Shown: in pieces, positions 9,185-17,833 of the stretch
How the letters are laid out: every line of letters begins with the position of its first letter
Numbering within the stretch: position 1 is the first letter of the stretch
Source: an uncultured delta proteobacterium
Lineage (GTDB): Bacteria > Desulfobacterota > Desulfomonilia > UBA1062
Assembly: GCA_963785235.1 (NCBI GenBank)
Contig: CAWAUM010000005.1
Location: 96,001 to 160,000, forward strand
Direction: 5' to 3'
Length of the DNA: 64,000 nt
Translations under genes and position numbers: made by a program
Notes under the pieces: model-generated
What the model was told of the DNA's origin: nothing
What the model saw: the letters and a program-made list of their open reading frames with translations, nothing else
Databases searched by the model: none

Positions 9185-10072
9185 TCACCCTGCGAGGTGA
9201 TACCTCCCGCCATCCTCATAGACCCTGTCCTGTTCCATGAGCACCTCCAGGTGTTTTCGCATCATCATGCGCTCTGAGACGGACAGGTCCCAGGCTCCCA
9301 GGGCCTTGGGTTTACCGTAGATGATGCAGGCACTCGTTATCTCATCAAGAGTTTTGGGGCCTTTTGCAAGCAGGTCGAGCAGTTTTGCCTCCCGCTCATA
9401 GATGATGTTGAGGTAATCAAGGATAAGCTGGCTCGAGGCATCGAAGACCCCGGCGCCATGGGCGGTGAGGTAGACATCGGCCCTGATGGCGGCGAGCTTC
9501 GTAAGGGAGGAAATGGTATGCTCCAGGCTGGAAATGACATCGCCGTAATATGGGCCGGCCTTGACAAGGTCATAGTCGGCCAGGAAGAGTACACCTTCCT
9601 CCGGAAAGTGGAAGCAGAAGTGGCCGGGTGTATGGCCCGGGGTGTGGATGGCCACGGCATAGGTGTGCCCGAAATCGAGGATGTCGCCATCCTTCAGAAG
9701 CCTCTCCGGTTTCCTCGGCGCATAATGGCACTCGCCAACCAGGAAGTCTTCCCAGAAGAGGGACTCCTCACGAGTGAGCCCATACTGGTCTATAAGGGCG
9801 CTGATATCGCTGAAGGGCAGTGCATCGAGCTGTGGGACCCATAGTTCGGCATCGGGGAATAGAGAGTTGTACATGATGTGGTCTTCGTGGGCATGGCTTG
9901 TAATGATGATATCCACGCTGCGTTGCCGGTGAAAGGCCAGGAGCTTGTCCTTGTCGCTCGCTGCATCCATGAGGGCACGACGCTGATCATCCACCACCAG
10001 TGTATGGCAATGGGGGTAGCGGCCCCCGAGGATGAGCCCGATTGCTCCTTTCTGAAAGTCGAACAATTTCAC
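9185..10072 (-). CDS. Metallo-beta-lactamase-fold hydrolase with C-terminal winged-helix-like extension
   Basis: SHAHEDH, TPGHTPGH, AD, TAHG motifs. Confidence 0.85.
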   Translation of the reverse strand: MKLFDFQKGAIGLILGGRYPHCHTLVVDDQRRALMDAASDKDKLLAFHRQRSVDIIITSHAHEDHIMYNSLFPDAELWVPQLDALPFSDISALIDQYGLTREESLFWEDFLVGECHYAPRKPERLLKDGDILDFGHTYAVAIHTPGHTPGHFCFHFPEEGVLFLADYDLVKAGPYYGDVISSLEHTISSLTKLAAIRADVYLTAHGAGVFDASSQLILDYLNIIYEREAKLLDLLAKGPKTLDEITSACIIYGKPKALGAWDLSVSERMMMRKHLEVLMEQDRVYEDGGRYHLAG

Positions 10073-10243
10073 CTCTTGGAGTTGAAGCTTTGTACTGCTG
10101 TCTCTTCGAGCCTAGATGATTTGGCTGACCAGGGCAATAGGGAGATGTTTTGTGAAAGTTTGGTAAAAAGAGAACACCTGGGTTGCTATCAAGGATCTCA
10201 TGACTAATATAAGAAACTCCTAATAAACCTCCTCATAACATTT

Positions 10244-10277
10244 GCCCCCTTCGACCTAAAAGAAGAGGGTTTTTTTG
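10244..10277 (+). terminator. Rho-independent terminator on the strand opposite the flanking genes
   Basis: CCCCTTC-gacctaaaa-GAAGAGGG followed by T7. Confidence 0.55.
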
Positions 10278-10345
10278 TCCGGACAATCCAAAAGATAACA
10301 ATATAATTGTTATAATTATATCTGCTTTGGATTGGCCACCTTATA

Positions 10346-11263
10346 TCATGGAGGGCACTGGGCACAGAATGAGCGGAAGACCTCGGTGGAAAGATAACGG
10401 TCTCCCCGGTCAGGGAAGATGACAACCACGGTAGACCCGCGCGGGAGGTCGCGTGCAACCTGAATCGCACCCCACATGGCTGCGCCCGAACTGAGACCGC
10501 AAAACAAGCCTTCCTGAATGGAAAGGTCGCGTGTAGTCTCAAAGGCATCCTCGTCATTGCAGCTTATGATGCCATCGAGGCGTGCCGGGTCATAGATCTT
10601 GGGCACAATTGCCTCATGCATGTTCTTCAGACCCTGTATGCGATGATCCAGGTTGGGTTCAACGCCTATGATTTTCACGGCTGGCTTTTTTTCCTTGAAG
10701 AACATGGAGCAGCCCATGAGTGTGCCGGTAGTACCCATACCGGCAACAAAGGCATCGACCCCGCCCTTTGTCTGCGCAAAGATCTCAGGACCGGTCGTGT
10801 GGTAGTGTGCAAGGTAGTTCTGGGGATTGTCGAACTGGTTGGGCATGAAATATTGATCCCCCACGGATTCCATGATGTGATGAGCGCGGTTTATAGCCCC
10901 ATCTGTCTTGTCGCATCCGGGAGTCAGCTCGAGTTCCGCTCCAAGGGCCTGGAGAACAGCCCGGCGCTCTGTGCTTACACAGGTGGGCATGGTGAGCTTG
11001 ATCTTGAAGCCCATGGCCGCCGCCACCATGGCCATGCCTATTCCGGTATTGCCGGAGGTGGGTTCCAGGATGATCTTGCCCTTTGTCAGCTTACCTGATG
11101 CAACGGCATCCTTGATCATGAAGAACGCCGGTCTATCTTTGACTGAGCCACCTGGATTGGATCCTTCCAGCTTGGCCATGATCCGCACACCTGTCTTGTC
11201 GGAATCCCAGATATTCTTTACTTCAACAAGCGGTGTATTCCCGATTGCATCCAACACACTCAT
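10346..11263 (-). CDS. Cysteine synthase (CysK/CysM family, PLP)
   Basis: IGNTPL, NPGGSVKDR, EPTSGNTG, GMGTTGT, PDRGDRYLS; C-terminal CAQCPP tail. Confidence 0.92.
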   Translation of the reverse strand: MSVLDAIGNTPLVEVKNIWDSDKTGVRIMAKLEGSNPGGSVKDRPAFFMIKDAVASGKLTKGKIILEPTSGNTGIGMAMVAAAMGFKIKLTMPTCVSTERRAVLQALGAELELTPGCDKTDGAINRAHHIMESVGDQYFMPNQFDNPQNYLAHYHTTGPEIFAQTKGGVDAFVAGMGTTGTLMGCSMFFKEKKPAVKIIGVEPNLDHRIQGLKNMHEAIVPKIYDPARLDGIISCNDEDAFETTRDLSIQEGLFCGLSSGAAMWGAIQVARDLPRGSTVVVIFPDRGDRYLSTEVFRSFCAQCPP

Positions 11264-11550
11264 GTGGAACTCTCCTTTGAATCCTTGCCTGATGTTGTAC
11301 AGGGCTATTCATTCACCTGTTTTTCTTTTCGGCTCCTATTCAAGGTTCATTCCTGTATCAGGATCCGTTTGACGAGTCATTTTATAGTACACATAAAACA
11401 TATTTCAAGAAGCGTCTTAAGTATATTCTATTTTTGTATGAATGTCAGAAAAATGGTTGTTAAATTTCCAGTTGCCCGTTGCTCAAACACTGGTTTATGA
11501 AGACAATAGTGCTGTATGCTTTTTAGCGGCCCAATCTTACAGCACTACCG

Positions 11551-12222
11551 ATGGGAGATGGTATGATGCACCCTTTGCCTGATGATGAAACCCTCTATAA
11601 TGCATTGCTTAACAAAGACAGCACCTTTGAAGGCACCTTTGTGGCAGGGGTGAAGACTACCGGCATATTCTGCCGTGCAACCTGTACTGCACGGAAACAG
11701 AAACAGGAGAATGCGGCATTCATTCGACCAACAAGAATCCTTACCCCATTGGGCCCCATGCTGGCAGGGGCCACTGATGCCGGGGTCTGTCTGCTGGAAT
11801 TCATTGACCGGAAGAGGCTGGAAACGCAGTTATCGAGGTTGAAGAGAATGTTGAAAGCGGAATTAGTCCCCGGCTCCAACAGACACTTTGAAGCACTTCA
11901 TCGACAGGTTCAAGAGTACTTTGCCGGGGAGAGAAAGGAATTCCTTCTCCCGCTGGTAATGCAGGGCACCCCTTTCCAGCAGGAAGTATGGAAGGCCTTA
12001 CAGACTATCCCTTACGGTGAAACCCGCTCATACCAGGAACAGGCCGAAATGCTGGGGAAGCCCAGGGCTGTCCGGGCTGTTGCTCAGGCCAACGGCGACA
12101 ACAGGATTTCCATCATCATCCCATGCCACCGGGTAATCGGAAAGGATGGGAAGCTGGTAGGCTATGGCGGAGGGCTATGGCGGAAAAAGTTCCTGCTGGA
12201 TCTCGAATTGAGGGCAAGATAG
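11551..12222 (+). CDS. Methylated-DNA-[protein]-cysteine S-methyltransferase with partial Ada N-terminal metal-binding segment
   Basis: GVKTTGIFCRATC (Ada-N), GTPFQ, YGETRSY, RAVA, IPCHRV, GYGGG. Confidence 0.88.
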   Translation: MGDGMMHPLPDDETLYNALLNKDSTFEGTFVAGVKTTGIFCRATCTARKQKQENAAFIRPTRILTPLGPMLAGATDAGVCLLEFIDRKRLETQLSRLKRMLKAELVPGSNRHFEALHRQVQEYFAGERKEFLLPLVMQGTPFQQEVWKALQTIPYGETRSYQEQAEMLGKPRAVRAVAQANGDNRISIIIPCHRVIGKDGKLVGYGGGLWRKKFLLDLELRAR

Positions 12223-12349
12223 GGTATAACCCATAGCAACGTCAATTCCCTCGATTTATCCCCGTCATATGTATGCTATTTGCACCGCTGCGAACAATGT
12301 ACATACACGCTGTACCTTGGAGGGTATCCGAAAAGCAGTCAAATCGCTG

Positions 12350-12995
12350 TCAGCTTTTTTTCCCCAAGATCGACCAGTACAATTTTGCGTTGCAGATTGT
12401 GAAGTATTCGATCTCCTGAATTTTGCAGCCTGAGCCTTCCACAAGGGCAGGGTAGTTCCATACGGGGTGGAAGACTGCCTCGGTGGTTGCGCTGTAGAAC
12501 GATATGGCAAAATACCAGTTAAGCTTCTGGACGATTCCCTGCCATCCGGTTTTCTCCGGCAGGACGAATTCTCCCACAACAAAATACCCGCCAGGTTTAA
12601 CCAGTGTTCCAAGGTGGTTTGCTACTTCGACTACCCTTGTCTCGGAAAAGACATTCAGGAAGAAGTTTGCAATAACCATGTCATACTGTCCGGTTTCCTT
12701 GACATTGAAGATGTCGTCATGGATAACCCGGATCTCGTTTGGCGGGTTCTCTCTTTGCGATGCGCTTGCGGAATTGATTGAGCATGGTCTCCGACAGGTC
12801 GACGGCCGTCACATGAGCACCCAGCCTGCTTGCCTCTACAGCCTCGGTTCCATGACCTACTCCGGCGACAAGCACCTTGTCACCCGGTTTAACATGTTTG
12901 AGCATCGCGGATTTGCACTTGGGTATCCTCCCCAGACTATATAGATTCCCGGTCAGCTCATATTGATACCCAACCAGCCAATACCCGTCTTTCAT
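12350..12995 (-). CDS. Class I SAM-dependent methyltransferase (frameshift ~12740); paralog of 37765-38415
   Basis: VLVAGVGHG, TAVDLS, then MVIANFFLNVF, VKPGG in the next frame. Confidence 0.8.
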
Positions 12996-13214
12996 AAAAC
13001 GCTCCTTTCATAATAGGTGCAATCATTACATGGAGGCAGAATTCATTATCTGCACTTTTCCAGTGTACTCTTCTTGGTCGCACTATGCAAGCCATTGAGA
13101 TGAATCGATGATTCTTAAGCGCATTCATGTATGGATCAGTCATATTGCCTATAAACGGATTAAGCGAGGATATGGTGCTGATATTTTCCGTACGATGTGG
13201 TTTATTGTGAACAG

Positions 13215-14147
13215 ATGGCTGAAGACCTGAAATATATTTTTTATCGTTCACTCCTCAAGAGTATCAGGGTGTCAGGGACCATCCTTATGATCATGGTCCC
13301 TGTCTCTTTCTGTGTAACCATGCTGCAGTTTACCGGTGTGCTTGAACGTATCGCGTGGGTCCTTTCGCCTGTCATGAAGATTGTCTCCCTGCCACCGGAG
13401 GCATCGTTTGCACTCATTGCAGGGGCGCTCATCAATATCTATGCGGGCATTGCAGTGATGGGCACGCTCAGCCTCACTGCCTGGGACATCAATATCATGG
13501 CCGTGATGATGCTCATCTGTCACAACCTCATTGTGGAGTCAGCCGTGCAATCCAAGACAGGTGTCTCAGGGTTGAAGATGACCCTTTTCAGGATCATAGC
13601 TGCAATTGGAATGGGCATATGCCTGTCTTTTATCCTCCCTGAGGGATTCAAACAGGTGAGTACTACCTTGGGGGGGAAGGTCTTCTCATCTGCACAAGGA
13701 TTTGTCGAGGTGATCGTCTTGTGGGTCAAACAGACATCGATGCTCACGCTCAAGGTCATACTCATCATTGCTGCTATTAACCTCATCATAGATGTAATGC
13801 GTTATCTTAAGGCCTTTGATCCGGTGATAACGCTCTTGAGGCCGCTTACCTTCATGCACGGTCTTCCGAAAAAGGCGTCCTTCATGTGGATGGCAGGCAT
13901 CCTTTTCGGCCTTGCGTATGGTTCAGGGGTTCTGATTGCAGAGGCACAGACTGGCCGCGTGGACAAGGACTCCCTGGTGAGGCTGAATCTGTCCTTAGGG
14001 ATCAGCCACTCACTCATAGAAGATACCCTCCTGTTCGTGGCCATAGGGGCTTCACTCTTCTGGGTACTCATACCGAGAATGGTCGCTGCTGCTGTTATGG
14101 TGTGGATTTATGCCCTTATGAGGTCTTTTTCGGATTCATTACAATAG
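13215..14147 (+). CDS. Nucleoside-recognition (Gate) domain membrane protein
   Basis: Multiple TM segments; CHNLIVE, GLAYGSG, SHSLIEDT motifs typical of this family. Confidence 0.75.
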   Translation: MAEDLKYIFYRSLLKSIRVSGTILMIMVPVSFCVTMLQFTGVLERIAWVLSPVMKIVSLPPEASFALIAGALINIYAGIAVMGTLSLTAWDINIMAVMMLICHNLIVESAVQSKTGVSGLKMTLFRIIAAIGMGICLSFILPEGFKQVSTTLGGKVFSSAQGFVEVIVLWVKQTSMLTLKVILIIAAINLIIDVMRYLKAFDPVITLLRPLTFMHGLPKKASFMWMAGILFGLAYGSGVLIAEAQTGRVDKDSLVRLNLSLGISHSLIEDTLLFVAIGASLFWVLIPRMVAAAVMVWIYALMRSFSDSLQ

Positions 14148-14183
14148 AGCCAGGTTTTGAGTTTCAGAAAAGTAAAACCTTGA

Positions 14184-14269
14184 TCCGTTCAAAACATCAA
14201 TCTTGCAGCCATTGTGGCACATTGATTCTAGCTGTCTTTCAAGGCTGCAAGATTGATGTTTTGAACGGA
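14184..14269. repeat. Palindromic element copy 1: perfect 27-bp inverted arms with 32-nt spacer
   Basis: TCCGTTCAAAACATCAATCTTGCAGCC (14184-14210) and its exact reverse complement (14243-14269). Confidence 0.9.
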
Positions 14270-14396
14270 CCTGATTAAAAAAAATACCATGGTCGCTATA
14301 AGTTTTATGCATAAGGCCACTCAACGTGCATGCTGCAGATATGGGTACAGTAAAAGGCAGATTCTGAGCTATTTGGAAAAGTGAACCGGCAGCTTG

Positions 14397-15140
14397 TCAC
14401 TTGGCTACTTCGAAGCTGTCTTCCAGCAATTCGATCTCTTCCCGCCGGATCTTTCCGGATGTCTTGTAGCTGAGTTTTTTCTCCAGGTATCTGCTGGTTT
14501 GGGTGAGGCCGAAGCAGATGATGAAATAGATCACCGCGATGGTGAAAAAGATCTCTGCCGGGGCATTCATGGTGCGGTTGTTGACCTGGGTGGCCACACG
14601 GGTAAGCTCCTGGACGCCGATGATGAAGGCAAGGGAGGTGTCCTTGGTCAGCGAGACGAACTGGTTTACGAATGAGGGGATCATGTTTCGCAGAGCCTGG
14701 GGAAGGACAACTGATGTCATGCCCTGCATATAGGTAAGCCCTGAGCTGCGGGCAGCCTCCATCTGGCCCTTGGGAATGGACTGGATGCCGGCGCGGACGA
14801 TCTCGGCGACGTAGGCGCCGGTAAACACCGAGAAGGCAGCCAGGGTGCTCCTCGCCTCGGGCATGGGCCTGTGCAGAAGAATGGGGGACAGGAAATAGAA
14901 CCAGAAGATAAGCAGCAGCAAAGGTGTGCCGCGGATGATCTCGATGTATATAATGGAGGGAATTCTTATGTACCACCGTTTAGATAATCTCATGAGGCCG
15001 AAGACAAGGCCGATCCAGGAGGCGAAGAATATCCCGCCGGCGGCCAACGCGATGCTCAGGGCAAGACCTCCCAGGGGGCCATTGGGGAATCGTCCCAGCA
15101 TGAAATATTCCATGTTGTTCCAGACTACATCCCAGTGCAC
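14397..15140 (-). CDS. Polar amino-acid ABC transporter permease
   Basis: RGTPLL, AEIVRAGIQSIPKGQMEAA, KDTSL. Confidence 0.92.
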   Translation of the reverse strand: MHWDVVWNNMEYFMLGRFPNGPLGGLALSIALAAGGIFFASWIGLVFGLMRLSKRWYIRIPSIIYIEIIRGTPLLLLIFWFYFLSPILLHRPMPEARSTLAAFSVFTGAYVAEIVRAGIQSIPKGQMEAARSSGLTYMQGMTSVVLPQALRNMIPSFVNQFVSLTKDTSLAFIIGVQELTRVATQVNNRTMNAPAEIFFTIAVIYFIICFGLTQTSRYLEKKLSYKTSGKIRREEIELLEDSFEVAK

Positions 15141-15149
15141 CTGTTCCTC

Positions 15150-15851
15150 CTAGTACTTGAGCAAACGCAGATATTTTCTGTTGTATATGGTTATGGCAAA
15201 CGAGACGATAAGCGAGATGGCTATGTAAAGCAGCGTTGCCACGGTGAATGCCTCGAATCCGCGAAAGCTGTATGATTCGATCTGCCTTGTCATATAGGTC
15301 AGATCCATGACCCCGATGGTCATGACCAGCGAGGAGTTCTTGATGAGGTTCAGAAATTGGGAAATCAGCGTGGGAATGACTATCCTGAAGGCCTGGGGAA
15401 GAACCACGTACGACATGGCCTGGATGAAGGAAAGGCCGGTGGCCCGGGATGATTCCATCTGCTCCTTGGGGATGGAGATGATACCCGAGCGGATCTCTTC
15501 TGCAATGAACGCAGCTGTGTAGAGGGTAAGGGAAAAGACCCCGATGGCGAATTCATAATCCTGGGCATAGAGCCACTGGTTGAGTGACTCGGGCAAGATC
15601 ATGGAGGAGCCGAAATACCAGAAAAAGATCTGGATCAACAGCGGGGTATTCCGGAAGAACTCGATATAGGAGAGCGTAATCCATTCGAAGACCCTGATCT
15701 TGGTCATCCGTAAGGTGGTGACGAGCGTTCCCAGCAGAAGAGACAGGACTATGGAGATAGCTGAGATCTTCAGGGTAATGATAAGGCCCTGAATAATCCA
15801 GTCCCGGTATTCACCGGTCAGTACGACCATCCAGTTGAATTCGTAGTTCAC
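15150..15851 (-). CDS. Polar amino-acid ABC transporter permease
   Basis: FRNTPLLIQ, AEEIRSG, LPQAFR, KNSSL; likely GTG start. Confidence 0.92.
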   Translation of the reverse strand: MNYEFNWMVVLTGEYRDWIIQGLIITLKISAISIVLSLLLGTLVTTLRMTKIRVFEWITLSYIEFFRNTPLLIQIFFWYFGSSMILPESLNQWLYAQDYEFAIGVFSLTLYTAAFIAEEIRSGIISIPKEQMESSRATGLSFIQAMSYVVLPQAFRIVIPTLISQFLNLIKNSSLVMTIGVMDLTYMTRQIESYSFRGFEAFTVATLLYIAISLIVSFAITIYNRKYLRLLKY

Positions 15852-15908
15852 TGCCTTGCTCCGCAAAGGGACGTGCCTCCGTGCAGAGGCACGTCCAACA
15901 GGATAGTC

Positions 15909-16736
15909 TTATTCCGGGATGGTCTCCATCTCCCAGGTCAGCGGCATGTAGAACTTGGTCTGGGGACCGAGCCACTTATCGTAGATTTTCTTGTACGTGC
16001 CGTCGTTCCACATTTCCATGAGCGACTTGTTTACAAAATCGCGCAGGTTGGATTCGTTCTCCCTTATGCCGATGCCGTAGGGTTCCTTGGAGAAGAAGTC
16101 GCCGACGATATCCCATTTTTCCGGATTTTCATCGCTGCCCTTGAGCCCGATGAGGATCACCGAGTCGGTAGTGACAGCGGCAACCTTGCCCTGTTTCAGG
16201 GCCAGGAAAGCCTCGGGATATCCTTCGAAAGACAGCACCGTGCACTTCGGCTGGGCTTTCTTGATGTTTATCTCGCTGGTTGAGCCCTTGGCCGTCCCGA
16301 CCTTCTTGCCTGCGAGGTCCTTAAAGCTTTTAACCTTACCTCCCTTTTTGACGAGCAGTTTCTGTCCGTCCATGAAGTACGTGATGCTGAAGTCGATGAC
16401 ATCCTCCCGGGCGATCTTGCGGGTCATGGTGCAGGCAGCGATATCCACCATGCCTTCGGAGAGCTGGGGAATCCTTGTGGCAGAGGTTACGGGTTTGAGC
16501 TCCAGCTTGACGCCCATCTTGTTTGCGATCTCTCTGCAGATGTCCACATCGAACCCGACGAGCTGCTTTGACTGCTCATCCACATATCCGAAGGGAACTA
16601 CGGCATCCTTGACACCCGCCACAAGTACGCCCTTTGACTTGATGTTCGCCAGGGCATCTGCGGATGCTAAACCAGCCATGCTCAGAACCATGAGTAAAGC
16701 CAGGGCACAGATGACGAAATAAGATGTTCTCCTCAT
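15909..16736 (-). CDS. Polar amino-acid ABC transporter substrate-binding protein (family 3)
   Basis: Signal peptide, PFGY, GFDVD, ATRIP, KGSTS, EPYGIG. Confidence 0.92.
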   Translation of the reverse strand: MRRTSYFVICALALLMVLSMAGLASADALANIKSKGVLVAGVKDAVVPFGYVDEQSKQLVGFDVDICREIANKMGVKLELKPVTSATRIPQLSEGMVDIAACTMTRKIAREDVIDFSITYFMDGQKLLVKKGGKVKSFKDLAGKKVGTAKGSTSEINIKKAQPKCTVLSFEGYPEAFLALKQGKVAAVTTDSVILIGLKGSDENPEKWDIVGDFFSKEPYGIGIRENESNLRDFVNKSLMEMWNDGTYKKIYDKWLGPQTKFYMPLTWEMETIPE

Positions 16737-16763
16737 ATACATACCTCCTCGAAATAGTGTCTG

Positions 16764-17486
16764 TTACAGGATCTCTTTCAAAAAGAGCTTTGTTCTTTCA
16801 TGCTGGGTGTTCTTGAAGAAATTTTCCGGCGTGCCCTGTTCAAGGATCTTGCCGTAGTCCATGAAGAAGATTCGGTGGGCAACCTCCCGGGCAAATCCCA
16901 TCTCGTGGGTCACGACGATCATGGTCATGCCTTCTTTTGCCAGGTCCTTCATTACGTTCAAGACCTCGTTGATCATCTCGGGGTCAAGTGCTGAGGTGGG
17001 CTCGTCAAAGAGCATGATCTTGGGTTTCATGGCAAGGCCGCGTGCGATTGCCACCCGCTGCTGCTGGCCGCCCGAGAGTTCTGCCGGGTACTTGTGGGCC
17101 TGGTCATGAATGCCGACCTTTTCAAGAAGCCCCAGCGCAAGTTGTTCAGCCTCTTTCTTCGGCATCTTCTTTACCTTGATGGGTGCAAGGGTGACATTTT
17201 TCAAAACCGTGATGTGCGGATAGAGGTTATAGTGCTGAAATACCATTCCGATGTCGGCCCTGAGCGTGTTTATATCGATATGGGGGGTGGTAATGTCTTT
17301 CCCCTCGATAAAGATCTTGCCCTGCTGGACTTCCTCCAGACGGTTGATACATCGGATGAACGTGCTCTTTCCCGACCCTGAAGGACCGCATATGACAACG
17401 ACTTCGCCCTTGTTGATCTGTTCTGAAATACCCTGGAGCACATAAAAATCACCGAACCATTTATGGATATTCTCTATCCTAATCAA
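16764..17486 (-). CDS. Polar amino-acid ABC transporter ATP-binding protein (GlnQ-like)
   Basis: [35 protein letters not shown]. Confidence 0.95.
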   Translation of the reverse strand: MIRIENIHKWFGDFYVLQGISEQINKGEVVVICGPSGSGKSTFIRCINRLEEVQQGKIFIEGKDITTPHIDINTLRADIGMVFQHYNLYPHITVLKNVTLAPIKVKKMPKKEAEQLALGLLEKVGIHDQAHKYPAELSGGQQQRVAIARGLAMKPKIMLFDEPTSALDPEMINEVLNVMKDLAKEGMTMIVVTHEMGFAREVAHRIFFMDYGKILEQGTPENFFKNTQHERTKLFLKEIL

Positions 17487-17657
17487 GAGAGACCTCTTTG
17501 AGATGGCGGTTTTATTGTGAATACTTTACGGGTTATGGTCTAAGAGTGTCAAGAAATTAGATTTTGTGTGCACTGTTATGATTCCTTGGTTTGTTTCTGA
17601 GTTAAATTAAAAAATGTTCAACACGGATTTTGCATTTTCGATGCGTAAAAAACCTGA

Positions 17658-17743
17658 TCCGTTAAAAACCTCAATCTTGCAGCCTTTGCTGGATGCTAAT
17701 TATCTCGGTCATTCCAGGCTGCAAGATTGAGGTTTTTAACGGA
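17658..17743. repeat. Palindromic element copy 2: perfect 27-bp inverted arms with 32-nt spacer
   Basis: TCCGTTAAAAACCTCAATCTTGCAGCC (17658-17684) and its exact reverse complement (17717-17743). Confidence 0.9.
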
Positions 17744-17765
17744 CCTATTAAAAAAAACTATGCTT

Positions 17766-17804
17766 AAAAAGGATGAGGGATGGGGGGTGTGTCCCCCATC
17801 CCTC
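17766..17804 (-). terminator. Terminator hairpin downstream of acyl-CoA dehydrogenase
   Basis: GAGGGATGGGGG / CCCCCATCCCTC 12-bp stem with T-run on the minus strand. Confidence 0.7.
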
Positions 17805-17833
17805 CTTGAGGTTCAATAATGCATGCTCAGGGT

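Noticed and set aside
14184-17743. CRISPR repeats or integron attC sites
   Set aside because: The arms are inverted rather than direct tandem repeats, only two distant units exist, no cas or intI gene is present, and the GTT/AAC orientation and lack of extrahelical bases do not fit attC.
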